A DNA stretch of 64,000 nucleotides. It comes from Rhynchopus sp. YZ270_cl-10. Its lineage: Eukaryota. The notes below the pieces were generated by a model. The model made no database searches. It had not been told where the DNA came from and saw nothing but the letters and a program-made list of their open reading frames with translations. A program made the position numbers and the translations under genes. Each line of letters starts with the position of its first letter. Position 1 is the first letter of the stretch. Of the stretch, positions 11,605 to 22,413 are shown in pieces. The DNA lies in assembly GCA_964035575.1 (NCBI GenBank), contig OZ037838.1:558001-622000 (forward strand), in the 5' to 3' direction.

Positions 11605-12726
11605 TCACTCACTGTTGTGTGGGTACAGATGTCTTGTTACAATGTGAGTACCTTCTTCCAATACCACAACAACACGTGAACACGGTGATATCACAAACTC
11701 CTCTGACCTTTGCGGGATCACACGCACACAGGACAGGGTCGCCACATCATACTGCTGCAGGCGTGCATAGTCATCAGTACCATAATCTTCTCCTGAATCA
11801 AATACCTTGACCACAAGGTACTTTCCACACGGGGTGAACTGCATACCCCTGTCATCCCCATCCACATCAACACTGCGAAGAGCCGCACCACTCCAATCAT
11901 AGAGCTGCACGTTCCCAGAGCACCCCACAGCAAAGACAGAGGCAGACCGTGAAAGCGCCACGAGACACCAGAACCCCCCGGGCACACATGCCACAGCTTC
12001 ACCTGTGTTCACATCCCACAGACGTGCCTTCTTCTCCTTCCTGGAGGATGTGATCACCCACCCACCACAGTCCGACACTGCCACCTCCTCACACTCTTCG
12101 TGCGAGAGAGAGCGGAGCAACGTCAGGTCTTCGTCATACACAGAGACGCCGTCTTTGCCCTCAGAGACAACAACACCGCCACACGCAAAGACTTTGAACG
12201 AGCTGCCTTCAGTATCGACTTTGCGGACCACCTCCCCACCCGGAAGCGCAACCTCGAGAAGGCCGTCCTCCCGATACGCCATGTAGCAGCGTGTCTTGCA
12301 CTGCGAGATGGCAGGCGGAGCCGTCGTCACTTTAGTGCCCACTACCGTTTTGAACGAGAAGACAGTGTTGAAGGTTTCTGTGTCGAAGCCAACAACATGT
12401 CCACTCTCGTACCAACTTTTGACGCAGAGTGACCCACAACGCGACAGTGACATGGTTCCCCTATGTGGTGCAGTGTACTCAGCAGGACACTTGATGTCAG
12501 CAAAGCGGCGGGCAAGCACGACCTGCACCCCTGCCTCAAACGCAGTGTCCTGCAGACGGCACGTCCCCTCCAGCACCTGCGTGCCGATGCGCATCTCGAC
12601 AGACGCAGGCGAGACAGCAAGCGCCGTGCACGCAACCTCCTTTGCCGCTGCAACGTCCGCCTCGCACGGCACCTCCACTGTCGCAGTCACGCCTGACTCT
12701 TCCAGCACAAAGGTCATATCCATCAT
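11605..12726 (-). CDS. UBL + 7-bladed beta-propeller protein, copy 2 (373 aa)
   Basis: Starts MMDMTFVLEESG; seven S/T-x-C-G-type blade turns; ends RHLYPHNSE. Confidence 0.9.
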   Translation of the reverse strand: MMDMTFVLEESGVTATVEVPCEADVAAAKEVACTALAVSPASVEMRIGTQVLEGTCRLQDTAFEAGVQVVLARRFADIKCPAEYTAPHRGTMSLSRCGSLCVKSWYESGHVVGFDTETFNTVFSFKTVVGTKVTTAPPAISQCKTRCYMAYREDGLLEVALPGGEVVRKVDTEGSSFKVFACGGVVVSEGKDGVSVYDEDLTLLRSLSHEECEEVAVSDCGGWVITSSRKEKKARLWDVNTGEAVACVPGGFWCLVALSRSASVFAVGCSGNVQLYDWSGAALRSVDVDGDDRGMQFTPCGKYLVVKVFDSGEDYGTDDYARLQQYDVATLSCVRVIPQRSEEFVISPCSRVVVVLEEGTHIVTRHLYPHNSE

Positions 12727-13053
12727 ATTGTTAAGGGGTCTCTTGTGTTTGATGTGAGGGTTGGTGGTGTCACTTCGCAACGACAAATAAGAAGGTTGGT
12801 GGGTTAAATACGTGTTTCAACAAAAGAGTCTGATAAAGAAAGCAATTTGAAGATACCCTGCGGCAAACACACAGATGTGACAAATAAAACTGATGGCTTG
12901 CCCGTACTGTGCTGTGAACGGGGAAGGTACACAACCGCTCATCAGAAGGTTTGTGTTTCCGCTTAAAACAAGTGTTTTTCTGCGCGTGTAATTTTATGGG
13001 GGAGAAGGCATTATGCTGTATGCTTCCTTCCTTCACAACGTTACACGTAACGC

Positions 13054-13172
13054 TTTTGGTTTTTGGGAGACACACAAGGTGCCAGGTTCTATGGTATACA
13101 CGGAACCACCCTGCACCTGTTTGTCATATTGTTTCCGGTGCAATACATGAGGAAACGTTTCGCAGTCGAAAC
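13054..13172. repeat. Dispersed ~120 bp repeat core (also ~18811, 28239, 39021, 60454, 63619)
   Basis: ttttgggagacacacaaggtgccaggttctatg...cacggaaccaccctgcacctgtttgtcat...tcgaaac seen six times. Confidence 0.85.
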
Positions 13173-13609
13173 TAGGGAAAGAACCCTAGGACAGCTTCTT
13201 TTGATAAAAGTTAGCAAACACAAAAACCAACGCGTGGAAAAAAGAGAGTGCTATTTTCTCCTGTATGCGCAGTGTACGTTTTAGGTACGGTGCGGAGAAT
13301 ACATACAGTATGTTCGATAAAAGAAAACGCGAGCATATTTATGATTTGCTTTATCTCATTCAAAATAAGCTTGTTGTTCCCACCCCATTCGGTGCTCTCA
13401 TACATACAAAACAACGAGTCAACAAGAAATGACATAAATATTGAGGGAAAATACAATAACGAAGTCTTTGTGTGTGATGTTTGAAAAGCTGTAAGCTTGA
13501 GCCAGATTGACGGTGTGGCCCATGCAGTTGATGGTATACCCTCTGAAGACACTTGCACTGTCCCCTTCTGTCAGAATACAGTCACCACCCTCCCACCCCT
13601 CGCGAAACA

Positions 13610-14731
13610 TCACTCACTGTTGTGTGGGTACAGATGCCTAGTTGCAATGCCGCCTGTTGCTTCATACCCGAACACAACGACACGTGAACACGGTGATATC
13701 GCAAATGCCCCATTCTCGGCTTGCGGAATTACAAGTACACAGGACAGGGTTGCCACATCATACTGGTGCAGCTGGACATCGCAATCCTCATATTCTTCGC
13801 CATCATCTGTACCATCTGTGTATGCCTCAACATCCACCCTGACCACGAGGTACTTCCCACACGGGGTGAACTGCATGCCCAAGACTTCGCCACGTATATC
13901 AACACTGCGAAGAGCCGCACCACTCCAATCATAGAGGTGCACGGTGTTTTCCTCCACCACAGCAAAGACAGAGGCAGACCGTGAAAGCGCCACCCCATCG
14001 CACCCCGGCACACATGCCACAGCTTCACCTGTGTTCACATCCCACAGACGTGCCTTTTCCTCTTCTTCAGAAGAGGTCATCACCCACCCACCACAGTCCG
14101 ACAGTGCCGTATTCAAAGACTTCTCGTTCGAGAGAGAGCGGAGCAACGTCAGGTCTTCGTCAAACACAGAGACGCCGTCTTTGCTTTCGGACACGACAAC
14201 ACCGCCACACGCAAACAATGCGAACGAGATGTCGTCGACTTTGCGGAGCACCTCCCCACCCGGAAGCGCAACCATGTGTAAGCCATCCCAACACGGCACG
14301 TAGCAGCGTGTCTTGCACTGCGAGATGGCAGGCGGACCGAGGTCATCATTGTCCATTTTCAACAAGAAGACAGTGTCAAAGGTTTCTGTGTCGAAGCAGC
14401 CAACATACTCAGCAATTTTTCCCGAAAATACGCAGAGCGTTCCACACCGCGACAGCGACAAGTGTTCTGTATCCTCACCATACACAGCAGGACACTTGAT
14501 GTCGGCAAAGCGGCGGGCGAGCACAACCTGCACCCCTGCACCAAACGCAGTGTCCTGCAGACGGCACGTCCCCTCCAGCACCTGCGTGCCGATGCGCATC
14601 TCGACAGACGCAGGCGAGACAGCAAGCGCCGTGCACGCAACCTCCTTTGCCGCTGCAACCTTCGCCTCGCACGGCACCTCCACTGTCGCAGTCACGCCTG
14701 ACTCTTCCAGCACAAAGGTCACATCCATCAT
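13610..14731 (-). CDS. UBL + beta-propeller protein, copy 3 (373 aa)
   Basis: Intact ORF, family motifs. Confidence 0.9.
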   Translation of the reverse strand: MMDVTFVLEESGVTATVEVPCEAKVAAAKEVACTALAVSPASVEMRIGTQVLEGTCRLQDTAFGAGVQVVLARRFADIKCPAVYGEDTEHLSLSRCGTLCVFSGKIAEYVGCFDTETFDTVFLLKMDNDDLGPPAISQCKTRCYVPCWDGLHMVALPGGEVLRKVDDISFALFACGGVVVSESKDGVSVFDEDLTLLRSLSNEKSLNTALSDCGGWVMTSSEEEEKARLWDVNTGEAVACVPGCDGVALSRSASVFAVVEENTVHLYDWSGAALRSVDIRGEVLGMQFTPCGKYLVVRVDVEAYTDGTDDGEEYEDCDVQLHQYDVATLSCVLVIPQAENGAFAISPCSRVVVFGYEATGGIATRHLYPHNSE

Positions 14732-14921
14732 ATTGTTAAGGGTTCTGTTGTGTTTGATGTGATGGTTGGTGGTGTCACTTCGCAACGACAAATAAGAAGG
14801 TTGGTGGGTTGAATACGTGTTCCTGCAACAAGGCAAAAGGGGGTTCTTGGGTCTTGGGATGTTTTGCTGGTACCCTGGGGGGGGATCCTCACCACCCTCC
14901 CTCCCCTCCCCTGGTCACACA

Positions 14922-16103
14922 TCACTCACTGTTGTGTGGGCACAGATGTCTCGTTACAATGTTGCCATCTGGTTGCAAAGACACAACAACACGTGAACAC
15001 GGCGATATCGCAAATGTACCTGCGCATTGCGGTATCACACGCACACAGGACATGGTTGACATATCATACTGGTGCAGGGGTGTATTATGCAGGCGTAAAT
15101 AGAAATCTTCATCATCTTCATCTTCATCTTCATCGTTCAAATCAAATACCGCTACCACAAGGTACTTCCCACACGGGGTAAACTGCATTCTATTAATATT
15201 CGCAGCCACGTCAACACTGCGAAGAGCCGCACCACTCCAATCAAAGAGGTGCACGCTCTTTTCCTCCCCCTCCACATCAAAGACAGAGGCAGACCGTGAA
15301 AGCGCCACTCTACACTGCCACCCGTCCGCAGGCACACATGCCACAGCTTCACCTGTGTTCACATCCCACAGACGTGCCTTCTTCTCCTTCCTGGAGGATG
15401 TGATCACCCACCCACCACAGTCTGATACTGCCACACGCCCACACTCTTCGTGCGAGAGAGAGCGGAGCAACGTCAGGTCTTCGTCATACACAGAGACGCC
15501 ATCTTTGCCCTTCGAGACAACAACCCTGCCACACGCGAATACTAAATACGAAGGGCCGTCGACTTTGCGGAGCACCTCCCCACCCGGAAGCGCAACCTCG
15601 TGCATACCTTCCTTGCACGCCATGTAGCAGCGTGTCTTGCACTGCGAGATGGCAGGCGGACCTCGACCAGATAAATCGATTTTCAACTCAAACGCAGTCT
15701 CGAAAGTTTCTGTGTCGAAGCCAACAACACGCGGGTACACGTAGTCATAATAAGAAGTATCATGTGAAAAAACGCAAAGCGTTCCACAAGGAGACAGCGA
15801 CACGTGTGCTGTCTGCGGTCGTCCGTAGCGAGTAGGGGGAGCGTAGACATTGTACTCAGCAGGACACTTGATGTCGGCAAAGCGGCGGGCAAGCACAACC
15901 TGCACCCCTGCACCAAACGCAGTGTCCTGCAGACGGCACGTCCCCTCCAGCACCTGCGTGCCGATGCGCATCTCGACAGACGCAGGCGAGACAGCAAGCG
16001 CCGTGCACGCAACCTCCTTTGCCGCTGCAACGTCCGCCTCGCACGGCACCTCCACTGTCGCAGTCACGCCTGACTCTTCCAGCACAAAGGTCACATCCAT
16101 CAT
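14922..16103 (-). CDS. UBL + beta-propeller protein, copy 4 (393 aa)
   Basis: Intact ORF, family motifs; acidic loop DEDEDEDDED. Confidence 0.9.
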   Translation of the reverse strand: MMDVTFVLEESGVTATVEVPCEADVAAAKEVACTALAVSPASVEMRIGTQVLEGTCRLQDTAFGAGVQVVLARRFADIKCPAEYNVYAPPTRYGRPQTAHVSLSPCGTLCVFSHDTSYYDYVYPRVVGFDTETFETAFELKIDLSGRGPPAISQCKTRCYMACKEGMHEVALPGGEVLRKVDGPSYLVFACGRVVVSKGKDGVSVYDEDLTLLRSLSHEECGRVAVSDCGGWVITSSRKEKKARLWDVNTGEAVACVPADGWQCRVALSRSASVFDVEGEEKSVHLFDWSGAALRSVDVAANINRMQFTPCGKYLVVAVFDLNDEDEDEDDEDFYLRLHNTPLHQYDMSTMSCVRVIPQCAGTFAISPCSRVVVSLQPDGNIVTRHLCPHNSE

Positions 16104-16343
16104 ATTGTTAAGGGCTCTGTTGTGTTTGATGTGATGGTTGGTGGTGTCAATTCGCAACGACAAATAAGAAGGTTGGTGGGTTAAATACGTGTTTCACAAA
16201 AAAAGTCTGATAAAGAAAGCAATTTGAAGATACCCTGCGGCAAACACACAGATGTGGCAAATAAAACTGATGGATTGCCCGTACTGTGCTGTGAACGGGG
16301 AAGGTACACAACCGCTCATAAGCAGGTTTGTGTTTCCGCTTAA

Positions 16344-18720
16344 TAGCTATTTATTGGAGTGAAAATAAGTCGTTTTTTTTCACCGAGTTGGTGTTTTCAA
16401 CCCGAGTTACTTTAATTCACGAGCGAAGCGAGTGAATTAAAGTCACGAGGGTTGAAAACACCAACGAGGTGGAAAAAACGCTTATTTTCTACTCCAAGAC
16501 ATAATTTTATCCATAAGTGTGAAGCTTTATTTTCCGAGCCCGCCCAAGTGTCGTGTGAGACCTGTAGTGTGGATCTCCAGTGTCTTGCACCGCTTCTTCT
16601 GAGCGCAACGCTGTTTGGCCTGTCGACGTACTAAATACGAAGACAGGGGGGCGGTGCCAACAATTTTCCAATGATGTAACGTTTATCTGATTGATTTATC
16701 GTTTGATATACCTTGTGTGTCCTACTTCACCTGCACACCCAAGGTTATTGAACAATACTTTCAAGCGATACTTCGTTATGTCATTGGGGGTACTGGTACT
16801 GGGTACCTGGGGAAAACACGTGCGTTTTTGTTCGCGATAACACGCACACTTTTTGTACGTGTTATCGCAATTTACCCTAAAATATATTACCTCCGCTGAC
16901 ATAGCTCGAGGGCTACTCCAACAAGTTTGTAGCCACCATGCACACCCCGCCCCCACCCCAGTCCAGATGCCCTGGGGGGGAAAAAAAACTCAAAAAAAAA
17001 TAGGGTGAGTTTGGGGGTGTTTGGGGGCTTAACTGGGGGGGGGCTAATAAAGTATACGGTGCTAATAAAGTATACGGTGCGGAAACCCATTTTGAGCGTG
17101 TAAATCTGTGAAATAAAGTATACGGTTTTTGTGTACATTTTTGGTGTGGCTGAACCCAAAAAAAAGGGTATTATTTAGCAGTTTGTTAGCACTTTGTTAG
17201 CATGCATTTTTGGGGGGGGTGGTGTATAAAAACTTTTTTCCTCACGGGTGTCGGAAAAAAAAATTTTTTTTTTCGTTGGTGAGCTTTTTAACGCCGGCAT
17301 TTGCATTTCCGGAATCCGTCCGGCCAGTGGTGGGGTCAATTCGCCGAAATGGACAAGTTCTCGTTTTTGGTCAATTTCCGCAGTATACACAGTATACACA
17401 GTATACACAGTATACACAGTATACACAGTATACACAGTATACACAGTATACACAGTATACACAGTATACACAGTATACACAGTATACACAGTATACACAG
17501 TATACACAGTATACACAGTATACACAGTATACACAGTATACACAGTATACACAGTATACACAGTATACACAGTATACACAGTACACAGTATACACAGTAT
17601 ACACAGTATACACAGTATACACAGTATACACAGTATACACAGTATACACAGTATACACAGTATACACAGTATACACAGTATACACAGTTTTCACAGTATA
17701 CACAGTATACACAGTATACACAGTATACACAGTATACACAGTATACACAGTATACACAGTATACACAGTATACACAGTATACACAGTATACACAGTATAC
17801 ACAGTATACACAGTATACACAGTATACACAGTATACACAGTATACACAGTATACACAGTATACACAGCATACACAGTATACACAGCATACACAGCATACT
17901 CAGGGGAAAACTTACTTTGTGGGCACCGCAGGCGCACGGTACGCGTTTTTCGTGATTTTTTCCAGCCCCGTTCTGTGAGTTCTTTTGACTCAGCGAGTCG
18001 ATTGCGTTCAACGGTGGGGTCACACATGGGTGTGCAAGAGTGGAGGCGCGCCAACAGGGGGAGTGGAAAAACCAAGGTAAAAAAATGTTTTTATACACCA
18101 CCCCTAAAAAAAGGGTATTATTTAGCAGTTTGTTAGCAGTTCTTTAGCAGTGAACTTTGCTGGTTTCAGCCACACCAATTTTTCTTACTAAAAAAATTTT
18201 ACAGCAATTTTTGCACAAAAAATCGGAATTTTTTTTTTTTTGATTTCGGTGGTCCGGATTCTGTGCGTGCTGTGATGGGGTCACTTTGCGCTGAGAAACG
18301 AGTATTTTTGACCTAAAACGCGTGTATCAGTTTTTACACGATTGGTGCTGACGGGGTTCAGATTTGTGAAAATTTAAGTCACCAAAAAATTGTTCATTTT
18401 TCCACATTGACCCCACCACTGGCTGGGATTGGCCCAAAAATGCCAATGGTGGTGTTTTCGCGAGGTTTCGGCCACTAGAAACCCCAAAATAACAGTGATT
18501 TTTTTTTTTTTTTTTCCTTTTTCGTTTTTTGGCCATTTAAGCAGTAATTCCCGCCGAATAAAGTATACGTATACTTTAATAGCTCCCCCCCAGTAAGACG
18601 GGTGAAAAAAAACGGTGAAAATAAAATTTTATTTTCACAGGGTGAAAATAAAAATTTTATTTTCACACCCCTCCACGTACTTTTGGGTGGGCGAGGAAAA
18701 TAAAGCTTCACGCGCGTGGA
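16344..18720. mobile_element. Composite nested non-autonomous insertion (~150 bp hairpin + TIR element 16508-18722 + inner TIR element ~17030-18596)
   Basis: Absent from paralogous site at ~12963 (ccgct-taa-aacaagtg); TA/TAA duplicated at the ends; TIRs tatcca..gtgaagctttattttcc and ctggggggg.gcta.taaagtatacg. Confidence 0.8.
17381..17897. repeat. (CAGTATACA)n minisatellite
   Basis: Near-perfect 9-mer array inside the nested element. Confidence 0.97.
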
Positions 18721-19626
18721 TAAAACAAGTGTTTTTCTGCGCGTGTGATTTTATGGGGGAGAAGGCATTATGCTGTATGCTTCCTTCCTTCACAACGTTA
18801 CACGTAACGCTTTTGGTTTTTGGGAGACACACAAGGTGCCAGGTTCTATGGTATACACGGAACCACCCTGCACCTGTTTGTCATATTGTTTCCGGTGCAA
18901 TACATGGGAAACGTTTCGCAGTCGAAACTAGGGAAAGAACCCTAGGACAGCTTCTTTTGATAAAAGTTAGCAAACACAAAAACCAACGCGTGGAAAAAAG
19001 AGAGTGCTATTTTCTCCTGTATGCGCAGTGTACGTTTTAGGTACGGTGCGGAGAATACAATATGTTCGGTAAAAGAAAACGCGAGCATGTTTATGATTTG
19101 TTTTATCTCATTCAAAATAAGCTTATTGTTCCCACCCCATTCGGTGCTCTCATACATACAAAACAACGAGTCAACAATAAATGATATAAATATTGGGTTA
19201 TATTTCCCAACCCAACAACAAAGATAAAGCGTGAAGACAATAAATAACCGAGAAAAAATTTCTTCACAGTAACAAGGTGTGAGTAAGAAGAAAGTGAAGT
19301 TGATAGTGCAAACGCCTCTGGGACGCAGGCACTGTAAGAAGAAAAGAAAGCGAATAAAAACGAAAAAAATCATGTTTTTTGTGAATGTGATGATGTTGTT
19401 GGGGTGGGGAGAATAAAACAGTTCCAAGAAAAACTCCTGCGTCGGTTTTCTTTTTGTTAGAAAAAAATATAATAACGACGTCTTTTGTGTGTGATGTTTA
19501 AAAAGCTGTAAGCTTGAGCTAGATTGACGGTGTGGCCTATGCAGTTGATGGTATACCCTCTGCAGACACTTGCACTGTCCCCTTCTGTCAGAATACAGTC
19601 ACCACCCTCCCACCCCTCGCGAAACA

Positions 19627-20787
19627 TCACTCACTGTTGTGTGGGTACAGATGCCTTGTTGCAATGGCTCCTGTTGCATCAAAAATGCTGTTTGTTGCTT
19701 CACACCCAAACACAACGACACGTGAACACGGTGATATCGCAAAGGACCCATAATGGGCGAGCGGGATCACACGCACACAGGACATGGTCGCCACATCATA
19801 CTGGTGCAGCTGTGCATCGTAATCATCGCGATCATCATATTCTTCGTCATCGTCTGTACCATCTGTGCATGCCTCAACATCCACCTTGACCACAAAGTAC
19901 TTCCCACATGGTGTGAACTGTATGCCCTCGACAGTCCCATCCACATCAACACTGCGAAGAGCCGCACCACTCCAATCATAGAGGTGCACGGTGTTTTCCT
20001 CCTCCACCACAGCAAAGACAGAGGCAGACCGTGAAAGCGCCACCCCTTCGCACAACTTTGCAAGCACACATGCCACAGCTTTACCTGTGTTCCCATCCCA
20101 CAGACGTGCCTTTTCCTCTTTTTCGGAAGAGATGATCGCCCACCCACCACAGTCCGACAGGGCCGTATTCATAAACCCTTTTTGCGAGACAAAGCGGAGC
20201 AACGTCAGGTCTTCGTCATACACAGAGACGCCGTCTTCATCTTGGGAGACAACAACACTGCCACACGCAAAAACTGCGTACGAGCGGCCGTCGACTTTGC
20301 GGACCACCTTCCCACCCGGAAGTGCAACCATGCGTAAGTCATCCCAACACGGCAGGTAGCAGCGTGTCTTGCACTGCGAGACGGCAGGCGGACTGCGTAC
20401 TTCACTGTCCACTTCAAACGAGAAGACAGCGTCGAAGGTTTCTGTGTCGAAGCCGCCAACACGCCCAGTCATTTCGCTCGAAAATACGCAGAGCGTTCCA
20501 CAACGCGACAGCGACAAGTGTTCTGCATCCTCACCATACTCAGCAGGACACTTGATGTCGGCAAAGCGGCGGGCAAGCACAACCTGCACCCCTGCACCAA
20601 ACGCAGTGTCCTGCAGACGGCACGTCCCCTCCAGCACCTGCGTGCCGATGCGCATCTCGACAGACGCAGGCGAGACAGCAAGCGCCGTGCACGCAACCTC
20701 CTTTGCCGCTGCAACGTCCGCCTCGCACGGCACCTCCACTGTCGCAGTCACGCCTGACTCTTCCAGCACAAAGGTCACATCCATCAT
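19627..20787 (-). CDS. UBL + beta-propeller protein, copy 5 (386 aa)
   Basis: Intact ORF, family motifs. Confidence 0.9.
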   Translation of the reverse strand: MMDVTFVLEESGVTATVEVPCEADVAAAKEVACTALAVSPASVEMRIGTQVLEGTCRLQDTAFGAGVQVVLARRFADIKCPAEYGEDAEHLSLSRCGTLCVFSSEMTGRVGGFDTETFDAVFSFEVDSEVRSPPAVSQCKTRCYLPCWDDLRMVALPGGKVVRKVDGRSYAVFACGSVVVSQDEDGVSVYDEDLTLLRFVSQKGFMNTALSDCGGWAIISSEKEEKARLWDGNTGKAVACVLAKLCEGVALSRSASVFAVVEEENTVHLYDWSGAALRSVDVDGTVEGIQFTPCGKYFVVKVDVEACTDGTDDDEEYDDRDDYDAQLHQYDVATMSCVRVIPLAHYGSFAISPCSRVVVFGCEATNSIFDATGAIATRHLYPHNSE

Positions 20788-20914
20788 TGTTTCAAGAGCT
20801 GTGTTGGTGTGATGCAAGCTAATGTTCTGTTGGGTGGACAGTTGAAGGAGCTGAGAGGGTGGACAAGTTGGAAAGAGGGGACGAGGGCTGGGGGTCGCTG
20901 TTTTATTTTGGTGC

Positions 20915-21236
20915 AATTTCTAATGGAGTGATTTGGGGTCTTTTTTTCAGGAAAATTCACAATACACTCAAAAAGAATCACAAAACGTTCACTACCGATT
21001 CACATAAATTCACACGTGTGGTATCTCATAATTTTCTTCTGCACCTCGAACTTTTGTGAACGTTTGTGAATTTACGTGAATTGGAACCTGGAGCATTCAC
21101 AAAACCTTCACTAGAGATTCGCATAAATTCACAAAAAATGGGGCACCTGGTGTGTCACATTCTTTCCCCCCCGCCTAGTTGTGATTTTTTGTGAATTTTC
21201 CTGAAAAAAAAGTCCTCAAATACCCCATCAGAAATT
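20915..21236. mobile_element. MITE-like element with ~48 bp imperfect TIRs and internal ATTCAC motifs
   Basis: aatttctaatggagtgatttggggtc(t)ncaggaaaattcacaa vs reverse complement at 21190-21236. Confidence 0.65.
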
Positions 21237-21300
21237 ACAGACTGGGGAGAATAATATGAACAATCAATCACCACCCTCCCTCCCCTCCCCTGGTCACACA

Positions 21301-22413
21301 TCACTCACTGTTGTGTGGGTACAGATGCCTTGTCTCAATGACGCCATTTGCTTGCATGACCACAAGAATACGTGAACACGGCGATATCGCGAAGCATGCA
21401 ACTGAGCTTGCAGAGATATGCGGTATCACATGCACACAGGACATGGTCGCCACATCATACTGGTGCAGCACGTGTGCATTGTCATCATCATATTCTTCCG
21501 GAACATACAGCTTGACCACAAGGTACTTCCCACATGGGGTGAACTGCATGCCTCCGACACCCCTACCAACATCACTCCTGCCAAGAACCACACCACTCCA
21601 ATCAAAGAGCTGCACGTTGCCAGAGCCCGCCACAGCAAAGACAGAGGCAGACCGTGAAAGCACGACAACACGGCTTGATACAGGCACACATGCCACAGCT
21701 TCACCTGTGTTCACATCCCACAGACGTGTGTTCTTCTCCTTCCTGGAGGAGGTGATCACCCACCCACCACAGTCCGACACTGCCACGCCCCAGCACGTTT
21801 CGTGCGAGAGAGAGCGGAGCAACGTCAGGTCTTCGTCGTACACAGAGACGCCGACTGTGCCTTGGGAGACAACAACACCGCCACACGCGAACACTGAGTA
21901 CGAGTAGTCGTCGACTTTGCGGACCACCTCCCCACCCGGAAGCGCAACCTTGAGAAGGCAATCCTCACACGCCAGGTAGCAGCGTGTCTTGCACCGTGAG
22001 ATGGCAGGCCGACCGTACACTTCATTGTCCACTTTGAACGAGAAGACAGTGTCGAAGGTTTCTGTGTCGAAGCCGCCAACATGCCCATCCCAGTGACTAT
22101 AGACGCAGAGCGTTCCACAACGCGACAGCGTCAACGTCGTCGCACGCATCTCTAAAATGTGTTCAGCAGGACACTTGATGTCGGCAAAGCGAGGGCGGGC
22201 AAGCACAACCTGCACCCCTGCACCAAACGCAGTGTCCTGCAGACGGCACGTCCCCTCCAGCACCTGCGTGCCGATGCGCATCTCGACAGACGCAGGCGAG
22301 ACAGCAAGCGCCGTGCACGCAACCTCCTTTGCCGCTGCAACGTCCGCCTCGCACGGCACCTCCACTGTCGCAGTCACGCCTGACTCTTCCAGCACAAAGG
22401 TCACATCCATCAT
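21301..22413 (-). CDS. UBL + beta-propeller protein, copy 6 (370 aa)
   Basis: Intact ORF, family motifs. Confidence 0.9.
   Translation of the reverse strand: MMDVTFVLEESGVTATVEVPCEADVAAAKEVACTALAVSPASVEMRIGTQVLEGTCRLQDTAFGAGVQVVLARPRFADIKCPAEHILEMRATTLTLSRCGTLCVYSHWDGHVGGFDTETFDTVFSFKVDNEVYGRPAISRCKTRCYLACEDCLLKVALPGGEVVRKVDDYSYSVFACGGVVVSQGTVGVSVYDEDLTLLRSLSHETCWGVAVSDCGGWVITSSRKEKNTRLWDVNTGEAVACVPVSSRVVVLSRSASVFAVAGSGNVQLFDWSGVVLGRSDVGRGVGGMQFTPCGKYLVVKLYVPEEYDDDNAHVLHQYDVATMSCVHVIPHISASSVACFAISPCSRILVVMQANGVIETRHLYPHNSE

Noticed and set aside
11605..12480. HET-E-type high-identity internal WD40 repeats
   Set aside because: Blades within one gene are highly divergent from each other; exchange is between genes, blade for blade
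12296..12757. Recurrent antisense and alternate-frame ORFs (MSAKRRASTT.., MQRQRRLRARR..)
   Set aside because: Shadows of the homogenised UBL coding sequence; their extents vary between copies
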